This document shows, piece after piece, positions 25,281 through 39,019 of a stretch of DNA of 64,000 bases. This stretch comes from Lytechinus pictus. Its lineage: Eukaryota. The notes below the pieces were generated by a model. The model did no database searches and had not been told where the DNA came from. It worked only from the letters and a program-made list of their open reading frames with translations. Made by a program: the position numbers and the translations under genes. Within the stretch, counting starts at the first letter, position 1. The number at the start of each line of letters is the position of its first letter. The DNA lies in contig NC_087251.1 in the NCBI RefSeq assembly GCF_037042905.1, positions 3,474,001 through 3,538,000 of the forward strand, given 5' to 3'.

Positions 25281-28200
25281 TGCTTTTGTTTTGGGATTGT
25301 GGCTTCAGGAAATAATCATATTACAGTCATGTACTCATGAGGTTTTGTATTGAATGTAAATCTACCTTTATGTGTATGGTGATATACAGAGCTGCACTGC
25401 CAGAGAAATGGCTAGATGATTTTGAAAGGACTAGGTGTTATGTTTAGTATTGGGTACAGGCCTCAAATGTAAATTTTTTTATGCAGGGAACTTTCAAAGC
25501 CCTGTTTTCTTAATAGAGCTATCATATTTGCTTTTATAAATATCAATACATCTATGACATCATTGACTACAATGTACCAGGAATGCTTGGCAAAAGTAAG
25601 TGAGAAAAATCCCAGTCTCATAAAATTGGGGCTCTTTCACAGATTTAAAGGGCAAGTTCACCTGATATATTTTAAAAACAGAAAATGAAAGGAAGCATGA
25701 TTTCAGAAATTTCATTAAGATTTTCAGATGATAAGTGTTTCAGTTTTTTTATTCTGTGGCGTCACATGTGAGCAGCTCCCTTATACAATGTACAGTACAT
25801 ATACATCATTATCATCATCATATGGAAGTTAGGTATTCCTGACATAGCACTTTTGGTCGATTAGTATGTATACAGTTAAATTCGTTTTAAAAAATGAAAA
25901 AAAAAAATGATCTTACATACCTGTGCTTTTATCAGACATATCATTGGAAACTTTGCTTGTGACCTACATGTACATGTAGCTCATTTATTTGTAAGAAAAA
26001 AAAATATTGTCTTGAATTATGAAAAGGGAAATGTATAGAATTTATACTGTACATGGGGGAAGATGCTCTATCACATGTGACATCACAATCTTGAGTATTA
26101 AAACTTAATCAAAAAAATATCATGTCCATCTTATCTTTTGATGGGTTGACACCAAAGGTTCATTGTAATTTTGTATTTAATTTTTTTTAAATATAACCAT
26201 TTTGATGTCTGGGAGGTTCCTTACTATTTGAAGGATTGTACTTTCATTTTAGTATGCTTCTGCATCCCCCAGGGCTATAATGTTTCAGCCTTTTTTTTTA
26301 ATATGAAGGTGAAACTGAGCCGTACAAATTTGTCCCCAGCTGGTCTTTTGTATATAGAGCTTTTACTCTCACTTGACCTGGTGCATAGAGGGTTGTGATT
26401 AGGTGTATTGTATGTTGATGTGGAAGATTTCCCAAGGTATGTAGCTCAATTTGATGCCCCTATCAGCTTTTTTTTTAATCACTTAAAAGCTGTACAGTAT
26501 GTATGCAATCACCTGATCCCATTTACATGTATTAACATATAGCCAGCCAACCAGTCCGCTGGCACTGTACTCTATCATGATTTTTTGGAGGATTAATGGT
26601 TTGATGTACATATACTGTAGGTTCCAATACATGTAGGCTACATGTATGTACCTAGGTGACTTGCATGCCTCAATACAGTCTGGTAAAGCTATAGCACACC
26701 TGTAATTGGGGAATGATGGAACTATCTTGTTATGAAGTCCATCAGCTGTGACATCCCTGTGTTTTTTTTAATTTTGTGTGTGTAACCTTTCCATCTGAGT
26801 GACCATGTCATACTTACATACATGTATAACATAATTTTTCATTGATACATTTATATAGTGGTGATTACCGGTAAACACAATGTCAGGATGATCGAACTTT
26901 TTCTTTTGGTTCACATTTCTTTTGATTACACTGTACATGTAAAGAATATTGTTTATCATGCATGTTATTGAAAAAAAGTACATTATTTATGTGCATGTAA
27001 TGTATATATTTGCCCATTAATGAGAAACAGAAATACTATGTTTTCTGTTGTATCATGCATAGGTGTGGTATTGCCTTTTTTGCCAGTACATTTTCTGCTA
27101 AAAAGCAGGGATTTGATGGAATGTGTATAGCATTGTTGCTGATTGTTGACTCACATACTGTATGTTGATATCCCTTGCCTGTGTAGGAAGCTCATGACAT
27201 GTACAAACATGTACTGTATGTAGTATCAAGGGTCCATATTGCAGGTGAGGTTCACTGCTGTGAAGTGATTATATTAAAATGGGAAATTGTAATCTGTGCC
27301 AGTAAATGTACCATGTATACTGATTGATTATGATTGTAATTGTTCTGTACGTTATTTGATGGTTGGTTTACCTGACTGCCATTTTTAAAAACAAACTTGA
27401 ATGTATACAGATAGCCTACGCTACATTTATGTGACCTCAGGCCAGAATCATGATTTGAATCTTGATTAAAAAAACAAACATGAATCACAATACCACAGAA
27501 TCAGCATTTACACAACCTTCATTCCAATGCTGTTTCTCCTCGGATTCGGGCCAATCCAGTGCGCATCACTAGTGCGCAGTTTGACAGAGGAAGCAAGTAT
27601 AGGGCAACTTTTACGCACATGTTTCGGCTCAAGAAAAATCAACAGTTTGCTTCCAGAATTCAGTCTATTATACATCGGTCTACCTCATTTTGTACTCTAA
27701 ATGTACTTCTATTCATCTTGTCGGTTTATTGAAAATGGTGTTCGAAAGTGAATTTCAGCATAGATCCAATTTGATATGGACACTGTTAACTCAACAACAA
27801 CTGAGATCATTGTCTGTCCAGTTTAATAATATTTCATTTACTAGAACTTGAATTTGAAGACATGACCAAAAGAATGAAAAGCAGTAGACGATGCAATGAC
27901 CAACACAGAACATGAATATGACAAGAAATGCATGCATATCACACACTGAGCATAGCGCGTGCCTTGAGCTGGCAAGAATCAAACTGAAAGTAGCCCGACA
28001 CAGTGACATCATAGAATCATGATTCAAATCACGATTGCGTTTATACGACCTTTTTCCGTGTGTCATGTTTGTGATTTGAGAGGCGTTTATTTTCACTTTT
28101 GACTCAATGCAATCGTGATTTGAATCATGATCCTAATCATGATTCTAGGATAAAAAGGTGGCGCATTAATGCACCCTAATATAAATGAAATGAAGCAACC

Positions 28201-29332
28201 AACTAGACCAATGGATATACATGTAGATCCTATTTGAAAGACCTTGGAAGCATTTCTTCACTTCAGTATCAGATACTGTGACAAGCTACTGAACTCCTTG
28301 TCTCTTATTGGCTATCAACAAAATCATGAAGAAGCTCCAGGAGGTGCTTCCCTGTTCATAGTGTATTCTTTACCAAAAGACAAGAATGGATCCCAATTGT
28401 TTTCATGTAATTAATGAACCTTCATTTTGGAGTCATACATGTAGGCATTGCATTTACAAGTTGGACACCATGCTTGTACACAAAAGCATTGAAGGGTTGT
28501 TTTTCATTGCTAGGAGATGTAGGCATATGCATGTACATTAAAAAATGGTATCAAAATGCTCGGATAAAAGGGTACAGTACATACTTTTCAACCCTGGATA
28601 TATCAAAATGGTATACATGTACAATGTAGGCCTAAACCATGTCAATTTTAGAATATTTGAGGCAATATTTACAGTGGGATAAACATGAAAAAATATTTGT
28701 TTAGGGTATTCAATAAACCTCTCTGAGTAGGACTCTGAGGTAGAAGGATGATTATTTGTTTATAAGGTGTACATGTACATTAATTCCCCCCAAAACATAC
28801 AAAAAATCAGGGGAAAAAAATAAGATTCCCTTTACATGGGTTATTTTTCCTTATGTTGTGAATTCTGCAGGCGTTATTTCCTTATGTTCTAAATTACCTG
28901 GGGCCCGTAACACAAAGCTTACAATTCATCGTAGAAGATTGACTACAATGTGCAATTAATCGTGAAAATCAAGCATAAAATTAATTGCTAACCCGTGCGT
29001 TATGTGACCCTGTATGTAATTGCGAACATAAAACCTGCAAAATAAATTTTATATTTGCCTGCTTTTTGTATGTTTGGGGGTAATTGTTTGGAAAGGGACT
29101 CGTTACTTGTATTTAAATGCAATTGATATCAAGATCATTTGCAAAATATGTAGGCATATATTTTTGACCTATTATGTAGTAATAATTGTTTTTGGTAAAT
29201 ATCCTGTTTCATTTTCAATTTTCAAATTTTGTCTTTTTCTCCCTTTTTCACTTTTCTTTTTTTCCTTTTTCTACCTGCCATAATCTGTATTTCCCTCTCT
29301 CTTTGATTTTCCTCTTGAATGATTCTATACAG

Positions 29333-29430
29333 CCAAGGAAACATGCACTGATGAGCTTTGTGCCGCTTACCAAGCTGGATGTGCACAGATGAAAGTCAAA
29401 CCAAGTCAGAGTATCATTCGACAACTCCAG
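29333..29430 (+). CDS. PPP1R37: PPP1R37 coding exon 2 ((A)KETCTDELCAAYQAGCAQMKVKPSQSIIRQLQ)
   Basis: tatacag| ... CAG|GTAAAA; phase 1 to 0; matches the family segment DEVIGAYKQACQKL...LLRQLQ. Confidence 0.88.
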
Positions 29431-29453
29431 GTAAAAAAAATCATCTAACTTCT

Positions 29454-30762
29454 CAGCGAAAAAAATACACGAGGGCGGCGGGCGAATTTGCCCCGGAAAT
29501 GCCTAAAGTCGCCCTCGAAATCACCCAAAATCATGCTTTTGGGGGCGACATAAAATCTTAATGTCGCCCCCGAAATTATTGCCGAGCAATACAACTCAGC
29601 AGCCCACGAGCGCCATATGCTCGAGCTCCGCTTACCATTTAAAAATCATCAAAAATCCGCACTCAAAATCATGAACAAGCCTTGAAAATAGCGAGGAGCA
29701 CAGTTTGAAATCCCGAAGTTGGGTCTTTTTTTCTGTACCACGTTTTTCCATACACATGGTATGAAAAAAATATCAACGCAACAGTCAGGAAACGGTTGCA
29801 TGTATAGGGGTCCATTATGACTACCACCATGTGCAATTTCTAATGCACATTTTCCCCTACAGATATCACAATTCTGTGATAAAATAATTCGAATTACACA
29901 GGAAATAAATCCCAGAGTCTAGTAACCTCGCATTGGTGAGTTGTCATTCGGCTTTGCTTTTCAAAACGGCCTATTAACATCTTAAACTTACCTTATTTGT
30001 TGATTATTACTTAAAAATCATTTGTTTTATTTTTCTAGGGGATGAGGTAAATATCAGACAATAAATCATCAAACAAAGCTCCATCTATTTTACAAGGCCA
30101 CGGGAGGCTCACGAACACCCGCATTGGCGCTTGTACTAGCTAGCCAGTCTGAGCTCTGTCTCTCTGCCAGAGCTCTGGGGGACAATTCGATCAGTAAAGG
30201 CCTCAATGATGGTGATTTTCTGTTTCAGACAGAGTCTACATTTCGGGTATATTATTAAAATCTGCCAATAAAGTTTGATGATTTCTTCATTGTCATGTAT
30301 ATTTAAGTTATTAATGAGTTCATTCTCACCAAATTTAGACTCCCCCATAGAGAAATGCAATTTTCGTTGAGATCTGCGTTTTCAAAGAACTTAAGGAAAA
30401 GTTAGGGTATGTGGGCCTTTTATTATAACATGGACAAGTACAGGTTATTGTACTGGAATAGATGGAGTAGAAATTAGATATTGAATTCATGTATATCAAA
30501 ATTCAACTCACAGTCACACACACACACCCACATCCAAGATTCTAAGCATGAAAAAAATAACTTAAAAAATCATACAATATTAAACGATAAGTAATAATTC
30601 ATGAATAAGTGAACAGGTATTCCTCAAAATACAAAAAAGTAGCATTTGAAAAGAGCCCCCAAAATGCAAAAAGTAGCCCCCGAAAGGTAGAAATGGAGCC
30701 CCCGAAATTTTACAAAAAATTGAAAAAAGAGCCCCCGAAAAAAATGATTATTTTTTACACTG
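29454..30762. mobile_element. Non-autonomous hAT-type element
   Basis: Imperfect TIR CAGCGAAAAAAA / CAGTGTAAAAAA; 8-bp TSD TAACTTCT; left end similar to the right end (reverse) of 4076-5147. Confidence 0.82.
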
Positions 30763-32183
30763 TAACTTCTCCTTGTTATTACAGTCACGTAATGAGGATC
30801 ATTCATATGGAACCACCCTGTAGACGCGCAAGTACAGGCTTTATTGTTCTCACACAGGCAACCTGCAAAAATTGTTGAGACCCTCGCGATTCGCAAAAAA
30901 CTCCGTACACGAAAATAACAGCTTATACAGTGCAGTAGTGAGAACTTGTTGTTGTGAATGATTAGATTTTACCAAACTAAAAGATAGCTGTATCTTTGAA
31001 GGGTGTTGTTATAGTTATAATCCACTGTAATATAATGCTTATCACAGAACAATGTCTCAAAGCACTTTTACAGTTCAGTGCTTGTGAGCTTTATTCAAAG
31101 CCAGTATTATTTTTGTTAATGTTAAATATTAAAATTATTCATTTTCAAAGTTTTGAATTCATGGTAAGATAAAATGGAAAAAAATCATGTAACATATGTT
31201 TCATGAAAAGATGCAATCTAAATTCCCTGAGATTTACAATTAATTTACCAAAAAATAATAAACTTACATATTTTTTGTATATTTCAAAGGGGCACATAAA
31301 TGATTACTAATACTAACAAAATCTACCCTTCATTGTTGCATTTTGGTAAAGTCTGTCAACCTATAGTATATGTCATGGAGATTTTGATAACTCTATGCTT
31401 AGAAGGTATTCTGTATTAATAATATCCTGCAAATATTTGCATTACATTATGTAGGTCCACACACCCCAGAGGAGCAGTACCAATGATGATGGTATTACCC
31501 TCTCACTATGCACCTGAGAGTTTGTGGTGGAAATATTTGCATGCAAAATATATTAAAGCACTATTCATTACCAGTACTTATAAACATTGATATAAATTAC
31601 ACGTCAAGTGTTTAGTAACCATAACCTGTTTGAAATTGGATACTTAGTCGGCGATGAAATAGTTTTTCAATATTGAAGTCAAATCACCTACCATTTGTCC
31701 CACAATGAAAAGTAATATGAAAATTTGAATAAGATCCTATTGTAGTTGGGTCAAATGTTAAGAACAAACCTGTCTCAGAATATATTCAGTACACACAATA
31801 GACATTTTATTGGTGAAATGTGCCATTACAAAAAACTGTTAACCTAATTGAACTTTGTGGGGTATGTCTTATTATCTTCAGTAATTACACTGGGAATCAC
31901 ATTTTTCTTTTTTATGGGGGGGGGCAAAGAAGTACAAAAATAAGGCCATTTCTTTTTCAAATTTTCAATACAACTTTTTTTTATGCACAATTATTCAATT
32001 TTATATATAAATTAAATATTTGTTTTGAGGCCAAAAGACAAGAGAATGATCGATTGGAAACAAGGCAATATGGATGGATTGAATATCAGATTGTCCAATA
32101 CTGGTACATGTGGTAATGCTATCACAGAACACATCAAGAAGATGCAATCTTTAATCATATGCCTTTCTCCTCTCTTCCTAAAG

Positions 32184-32229
32184 ACGGTGAAGGATTTCAC
32201 AGTTCGAGCAGAAAGTCTCAATCTTCAAG
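32184..32229 (+). CDS. PPP1R37: PPP1R37 coding exon 3 (TVKDFTVRAESLNLQG)
   Basis: Pyrimidine tract + aag| ... G|GTAATT; 46 nt, phase 0 to 1; aligns with RLDCLDLKG. Confidence 0.82.
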
Positions 32230-33829
32230 GTAATTCTTTTTGCCATTCAATACATGTATCTATATTGATTGCTCATATGAAGCCATACTTTTGGGATAAC
32301 ACACTTGGTTTAGGGTCATGCATGATGCTGCATGAAGCCTTTCTTATTGCCTAAGGGTCATATTTCTAGCAAGCCAGTCTAACCAACTCTCTCTTTCATA
32401 CATTTGGTTTAGTCGATCGATATTGGATGAATAAGGTACTGTTGCTGTTTGCAATCTATTAAAAATAATATTTTGATGCAAATTAACATTTAACTTGATT
32501 GATTGATTTGTTTACTTATAACATCATGATTGTGATAAATTATGAGGACATCATACTAAACTTAACCCACCAGGACGAATACATCCCCCCCCAAAAAAAA
32601 ATAAAGCAAAATAAAATACTTCCTTGATGATCAAGATAAACAGAAGTTAGTGATCCATTTATGTCATTGATTTATTTGAACTTTATTATTCAAAACTTAG
32701 TACATATATTTCAGAAAAAAAATAAATTTGTTGCAAAATGTGCTTGAAAGTTAGAAATTTGTCCATTTATATTGAAAAGTAATTATATTGTTTCCATCAC
32801 ACTGTCAAGTTTGATGATCCTTCTCCTTTAACATGAAAAGGTACATAAAAATTAATCAGACTCGGCATCTACATAAAAAAAAACTTTATTCTGTTTGATT
32901 TTTTTGTATTTTTGTATGATTTCTAGAGCCTTGCTTTAAACATCATTTTGTCACAGATCAATTAAAACAAACTATATCAAATCAAATCAGATACAGTATG
33001 TATAGGGATGATGATGATAATGCATCTGTGTTTTCTACTAGTTCTATATCACATTCATAGAAATGTTTGGTTTTCATTTATGATTGCTTTAAGAATATAT
33101 GATAAGTGACCTTAAAACCATAATTAATCCAAAGTTTTATAATCAATGAAGTTTATATACATGTACATGAATTTAAAGCTTACTTTTCTGAGACATCTCT
33201 TTCCACAAGTTCTTTCAGGTACAAATTATATACATCTGAATGAGTTCAATTTTTATAATTAGATGAAATACCAATGTCCTTTGCTGGAAGCAATTTGGAA
33301 AATACAGTGTATAGAAGGTTTTTTTTTGTGTTGGCAAATTTGTGATTTATCTTTGAATATTCTGAGTTTGTGAAAATTATGACTCAGTTCTTTAATTTGA
33401 AATATCTAAACTTGAATTATATTCCTATGAGTATCCGTGTATAATTGAAATAAACCAAACAATGTATTAATCCAACCTGGTAATATTTAAATCATAAAAA
33501 AAATCAAATTATTTATGCTCTAGTAAATGTGTGTTTTAATCGTCAGTAAAGAGAATGCATGTTGTAAATGACATAAAGTTGAAAAGTAGGCATAGTAAAG
33601 TAACATGCACTCTTATTATTTAGTGGAAAGAGAATGCAATACCTGCTTTGATAGAATTGTGATTTCATTTCATCATGGTTTTTTATTTTAACATTTTTTA
33701 TCAGAATTGCCCTTTTAAAGATTAAAAAAATAATAGTCTTATTGAACATACTTTTTTATATCAAAAGTACTCTGTAGTTAATAAAGCGTCATATCCTCTA
33801 CATTATTGTCACAAACTTTATATTTAAAG

Positions 33830-33930
33830 GTGAAAAGCTAGATCTAAAAGCTGTGGAGACCTTAGAGGAGGTATTCAAAAGGGTTCAGTTCAACACTATA
33901 GATGTGGAAGGCACATCGATGGATGATGAG
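33830..33930 (+). CDS. PPP1R37: PPP1R37 coding exon 4 (GEKLDLKAVETLEEVFKRVQFNTIDVEGTSMDDE)
   Basis: aag| ... GAG|GTATGA; phase 1 to 0; close match to GEKLDYKTCEALEEVFKRLQF. Confidence 0.92.
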
Positions 33931-35001
33931 GTATGAATATATGGTTCTTGTGAAGAAATACAGATGAAAGTATAATTTGATGAGCTTTTGGAATGATTGA
34001 TCATCTTGGGCATTGAAGGAAAGATATCTATCCTGATAATAATTGCAGATAGCCTCTGACGTGTACAGGGGGATCAAAACAGGGATGTGGGACACAAGCT
34101 TAGTTCTCGTCTCTATTGAGATCCAGTTAAGATTTAATTCTATGTGCATATTTTAATGAAGAATAGAAAAACATTGGTAAAGAAAATCTTTAGGTTGAAG
34201 AAATATTTTTACGTGGTGGCTTAATTCTTAATCCTGGTTCATACCTTTTGAGTTTTGAGCTGTGTATCGCTGCCTGCGGAAAAAGCAATGTGCAACTTAA
34301 TGCAGCATACTATGCAACAAAATATTTGGTTGCAATCACACTTTTGCGTACGAGCTTGTCGGGGCTCATACAGAGTTGCACGCAGTAAAGCAAGGTGATG
34401 CAGGCTGAAGTGAGGTAATTCAAGGTAAATCAAGCACTTACGCTGCATTAATCCTTGTGTAAGCTACTCGCTGTCGCTCATTCTTGTGCGTCTTTGCTCA
34501 TAGAAATTTTGGTTGCATTCAGTTGTGGGTGTTTGAAAAATTTTCAAACATCCAAGCTAGGCCTCTGTGTTAGTCTGTGCATTGACATTGTATCATCTTG
34601 TTTCATTCGGTGGTATTGCATTTGACTGCATTTTTCTGCATTCAGGCAATCTGCAGCTGAATACAAGGTGTGACCGAGTCTTTAGTATCATTTTGTTTAT
34701 AAAAATATATAATATACTTTAATGTTTTCATTGATTCATCTAAGTTTTATAAAGCAATGTACCTATTTTTTCCATTTTTGAGTATTTGAATGTTGAATTC
34801 ATGTAATTATATACCGTATTTTTAAATCACATTTCTTTATCAAAAAGCATGGTAATTTTGTCTACTTGTTGCATTTCTTTTATGACAAGGTAATGTTTTT
34901 ATTCTCTTGAAAGAAATATATGATTAAGAATCTCACATGTGTAGTACATGATATCCCTTCATCTTCTTGCCTGTTTTGTCCCTTTCTCCTATATGATTAA
35001 G

Positions 35002-35121
35002 GCTACCATGGCAATGTGTGACATGATAGAGTTTTATCAGTCTACATGTAAGCTCATCTATGCAAGTAATAGATCTATTGGGTTCAGAGGTTGGCAAGCA
35101 GCCTCAAGGCTTCTTAGAAGG
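35002..35121 (+). CDS. PPP1R37: PPP1R37 coding exon 5 (ATMAMCDMIEFYQSTCKLIYASNRSIGFRGWQAASRLLRR)
   Basis: aag| ... AGG|GTAAGT; phase 0; DMIE(F/Y)Y and IGxRGWQAA family motifs. Confidence 0.92.
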
Positions 35122-36410
35122 GTAAGTAATCCTCGGTTTATTGTAAAATTATGATGAAAAATAGTAAAAAACAGTAGTGACTATTTTTCTTTCTTTATAG
35201 TTACTATATTTTTGTTTATTCTCATTTCCATAAAGAAAAATAAGGGAAATATATGTGGGTAAAGTTTGTATTTCCAAATATTTTTCAATTATATGAGGGT
35301 GAATATGGGATATTAAGAGAGATCTGGAAGCACTTCTGTGTTCATGGAACCGAAGATGGCATAGGCTATATCGAATTGAGTTGATTGTTTTTATTGTTTT
35401 CATCTTTAATTTGAGTACATTGATCAACACCATTATAATATGTCATAAATTTACTTGCCCTTGCTGCCTACTTATTTTTATTCCATATTTTAGTAATAAC
35501 TTTTTTTTTTGGAACAAACAACTTTCAAAATTTATCTTTAAGCATCGATTTGACAGAATATAGAATTTAGAAGCTCATTCAAGAAGTATGGATTTGCAAA
35601 TTGTATAAGTATCTCAAATTTGAATCCCCCAAGGCCGAGTGATGTTCTTTTTTTTTTCTCTGATTAGCAATTTTAAAACAAATTTATGTCGAAAGCCTAC
35701 TTTTATGATAAAAATGTTTTCATATAAAGCATCATTCTGCCAGTAATATTTTATTACAAATACAGAAAAATATTTTAGTCAGCATTTTGATGAATTTATG
35801 AATTTTGCATTTTTTAATCTTTGATCATTGGTGTCCAAACTGTTATCAACCTGTTATGAAATATGTAACAAGCATACAAGTGCCGCCCGATCATTTCTGT
35901 AAACAAATCCTTAAATATAAATGTTTAGTTTTCCATCTATCCATAGTGAAGATATAGATAACTATCTGTTATCATATGGTTTTATTAATGTCTTGCCGAT
36001 GCACATAATTTAGCATCCTCATTCCATTTCACCTCATGTTTATCTCACCCACTCACTTAGAGCAACTGTGTGGTAATCATTGTGGGATCTGGTTTAGAGA
36101 CACCACATGAATTTAAAAGGTTCTTTACCCCCTTTCATTATATGATTATATCACACAAAGATATTTTCTATTCTGCGAAATATTTTTCAGTACTACCGTA
36201 TGCTCCTGTCAGTATTGCAGACTGCATTTTATTGATAGTACAATAGAACAATAAACATAATCATTTCACATGAATAATTCACCATGATATCTTATTTTTT
36301 ACTGAATATATGATGAGTATTTATGTCCCTGTTGTACCATACAAACTACTGTACCCTGTGTAGCAAGTGGAAATCAAAATGAACAAAAAAAATTCAACAC
36401 CCTCACTTAA

Positions 36411-36993
36411 AGGAGAATGAAACCCTTGAAACTAGCTGAATCCATATTAAAGAGAAAAATCAAAGAAACATATTGTTGAAAGTTTGAGGAAGATTGAATG
36501 AATAATAAGAAAGTTATGAGCATTTGAATATTGAGATCACTAGTGCCATGTAGATCCTCCCATCGGCAATGCGACCAAGATCTGTGATATCACACACGTA
36601 CAACTCCCTCATTACTTTAGTACTTATTTCACTTATATTCTCACTTTTATAGAGTCTATCACAAGGTTAGGTGTTTTCTTTATGAGATGACAAGTACAGA
36701 GGTTTCACAACATTATATCATTGATGAATCGTTTGTCATATGATTAGAATGAGCAAAAAGAGATGTTTTGGGGTATATTTTCAGTGTCCGAATGGGAGAG
36801 TTGTACGTGTGTGACATCACAGATCTTGGTCGCATTGCCAATGGGAGGATCTCCATAGCATTAGTGATCTCGACATTCAAATGCTCATAACTCTTTTATT
36901 GCTAGTCCTATTTTACTCAAAGTTTTGTTGATCTTATTCTTTGATTTTTCTGCTTTCACAAAAGCTAACTTGCTCCAAGAGTTTCATTCTCCT
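36411..36993. mobile_element. Kolobok-like TTAA MITE, copy 1
   Basis: TTAA|AGGAGAATGAAAC...GTTTCATTCTCCT|TTAA; nearly identical to 61251-61847. Confidence 0.9.
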
Positions 36994-37049
36994 TTAATAT
37001 CTTCTTTGCATGTTGTCTATGATTGTCCTTTTACATGTTGTTGTTTTAG

Positions 37050-37200
37050 ACACCCTGTCTGCACACGTTTGATGCCAGAAACACCTGTTGGACAGAACAT
37101 AGTATGCCTGCAATGTCAAGGGCTATGAGAGTTGATTCTTCCATCACAGCACTGCACCTAGAGGCTTGTAACCTTTCTGGCAGACCACACTTTCTACTCA
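37050..37200 (+). CDS. PPP1R37: PPP1R37 coding exon 6 (TPCLHTFDARNT...LHLEACNLSGRPHFLL)
   Basis: ttttag| ... A|GTAAAT; phase 0 to 1; DARNT and LSGRP motifs. Confidence 0.92.
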
Positions 37201-38047
37201 GTAAATATACATACAAGTCTACTTTATATTTCACATTAAAGGGGTAAACCATCATGAGATTAAGTTGTTCTAAACATACATGATAGTATGATTATTTAAG
37301 TAAAATGGTGAAAAATTTAAAGCTTTGCTCTATTTGCCAAAACAGTGATATGCAAGAGAGTGTCCTATATATAAAAATTATATCCTAATTTTTTTTTGTA
37401 TTTCATTTCTTTTTTATTTGACATAGTCATTTTTTTTTATTGATTTACATGAATGATGTCTCCATTGTATGGAAAAAAATTAAGGGTAATTTGAAACATT
37501 TTGTAAGGAATCTATCCAAGTCTGGGAGAAGAAAATTATTATTTTTTATTTAATATTATAGACTATAAATATTACAAACATTGATTTGGCCAGAGCGATG
37601 TCGTTTTTGTAAACAGTGCAAAGTTTAGTAGCTGTATCTTTGTATTATTATTCACTTTATTTTAGATTTTATTTGATTTGTTTTTATTTGACTATTTTAA
37701 ATCACAACACTTTTCCTATTACTCTTTCATTCATGTTATAAAGATTATATTGTAATATGTCTCTTGTTTGACATTGATGGCTTGCCAATAGAAAAATTGA
37801 CACTGTAATTTGCAACAATGTATTCACCATTGTGAATGATTTACTCTTTGGTTAAAACAAGCCTGTCAAACTATTCTGTTCTTACAAACTTCTGTTATCT
37901 ATTCGCTTTGAAACTAATGACACACTTTGTTGTTGTTTATCATTGAACTCATCAATAGATTGACTAATTCATGTATTGATCAAAATGCTAATGGCTTTAT
38001 TTATTTAAGTCTATTTATATCAAATGTGTGTATATGTTTCATTTCAG

Positions 38048-38193
38048 TGTCAGCTTTACGTACAAACTCAACCCTGAGGGAGATATTCCTCGCAGACAAT
38101 CGTTTGATGCCCTCTGATGCAATCCATATTGGTGGAATGTTACGACACAACTCTGGTCTCAAACTCCTTGATCTTAGAAATAACAATATACAG
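38048..38193 (+). CDS. PPP1R37: PPP1R37 coding exon 7 (LRRs: LREIFLADNRL...LKLLDLRNNNIQ)
   Basis: atttcag| ... CAG|GTAGAG; phase 1 to 0; RNI-type LRRs. Confidence 0.92.
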
Positions 38194-38896
38194 GTAGAGG
38201 ATAACAGACCCGTGTCCTTCATAAAACTTGTTAAAGTAAATTGAATTATTCTAACTGTTGAAAGATACTTGTTGCTTTTAATTGGCTGACAGCAAATATG
38301 ATAAATATTGCAATAAGCCAGTTCAATGAAATAGAACTCTAAAGTTCTTAAACTCCACCCCCTCTCTTTCTCTCTCTGCAAGATCATGGACAGATTTTAA
38401 TACTTGATATTTAGTATTTCAACTTTAAGAAAGATGGGCTCCGTTTAAATTTCCTTCTCATTCAGCTTCATTGTTAGAAATATGTCATGATGAATATAAG
38501 AAAGTAACAGTTATTATATATTCATCATATGTGTCTACTACTGAATTTCAACTCATCATTAATTTGGTGGATTCACAGTATGGTGTGCCATCTAGCATGG
38601 TGTGCCATCCAGCATAATCGCATGCATGCAGCCACATGCACAGATGTTGAATACTTCCCATGAGGCATTACGAGTTTCAGCCTGTCCACTGCAACCGATA
38701 GATGGCACACCGTATTGTGAATCTACCAAATTGGCTTTCATCCTGGTTAATGCTTTCATGACAGAAAAGCTGGTGACATAAAAGAAGCCATTGATTAACA
38801 AATTAACTTAATAAATTCAAATCTTCATGACAACTTATAAATATGAGAGGAGCATATGGCAGTATAGGTTCTTTTACTTGTGTTCTTGATATATAG

Positions 38897-39019
38897 GATA
38901 CAGGTCTATCCCACATAAGCAATGGTCTATCAGCTCAGTCTAAGGGAGGTCTCTCAACTCTTGTTCTCTGGAATAATCACATCACTCATAATGGTGTAGC
39001 TCACCTTGGTAAAGCATTG
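38897..39019 (+). CDS. PPP1R37: PPP1R37 coding exon 8 (DTGLSHISNGLSAQSKGGLSTLVLWNNHITHNGVAHLGKAL)
   Basis: atatag| ... TTG|GTAAGA; phase 0; GLxTLVLWNN motif. Confidence 0.92.

Noticed and set aside
35042..35050. TACATGTA footprint inside exon 5
   Set aside because: The exon aligns to the PPP1R37 family without a 2-aa insertion, so this is probably a chance match.
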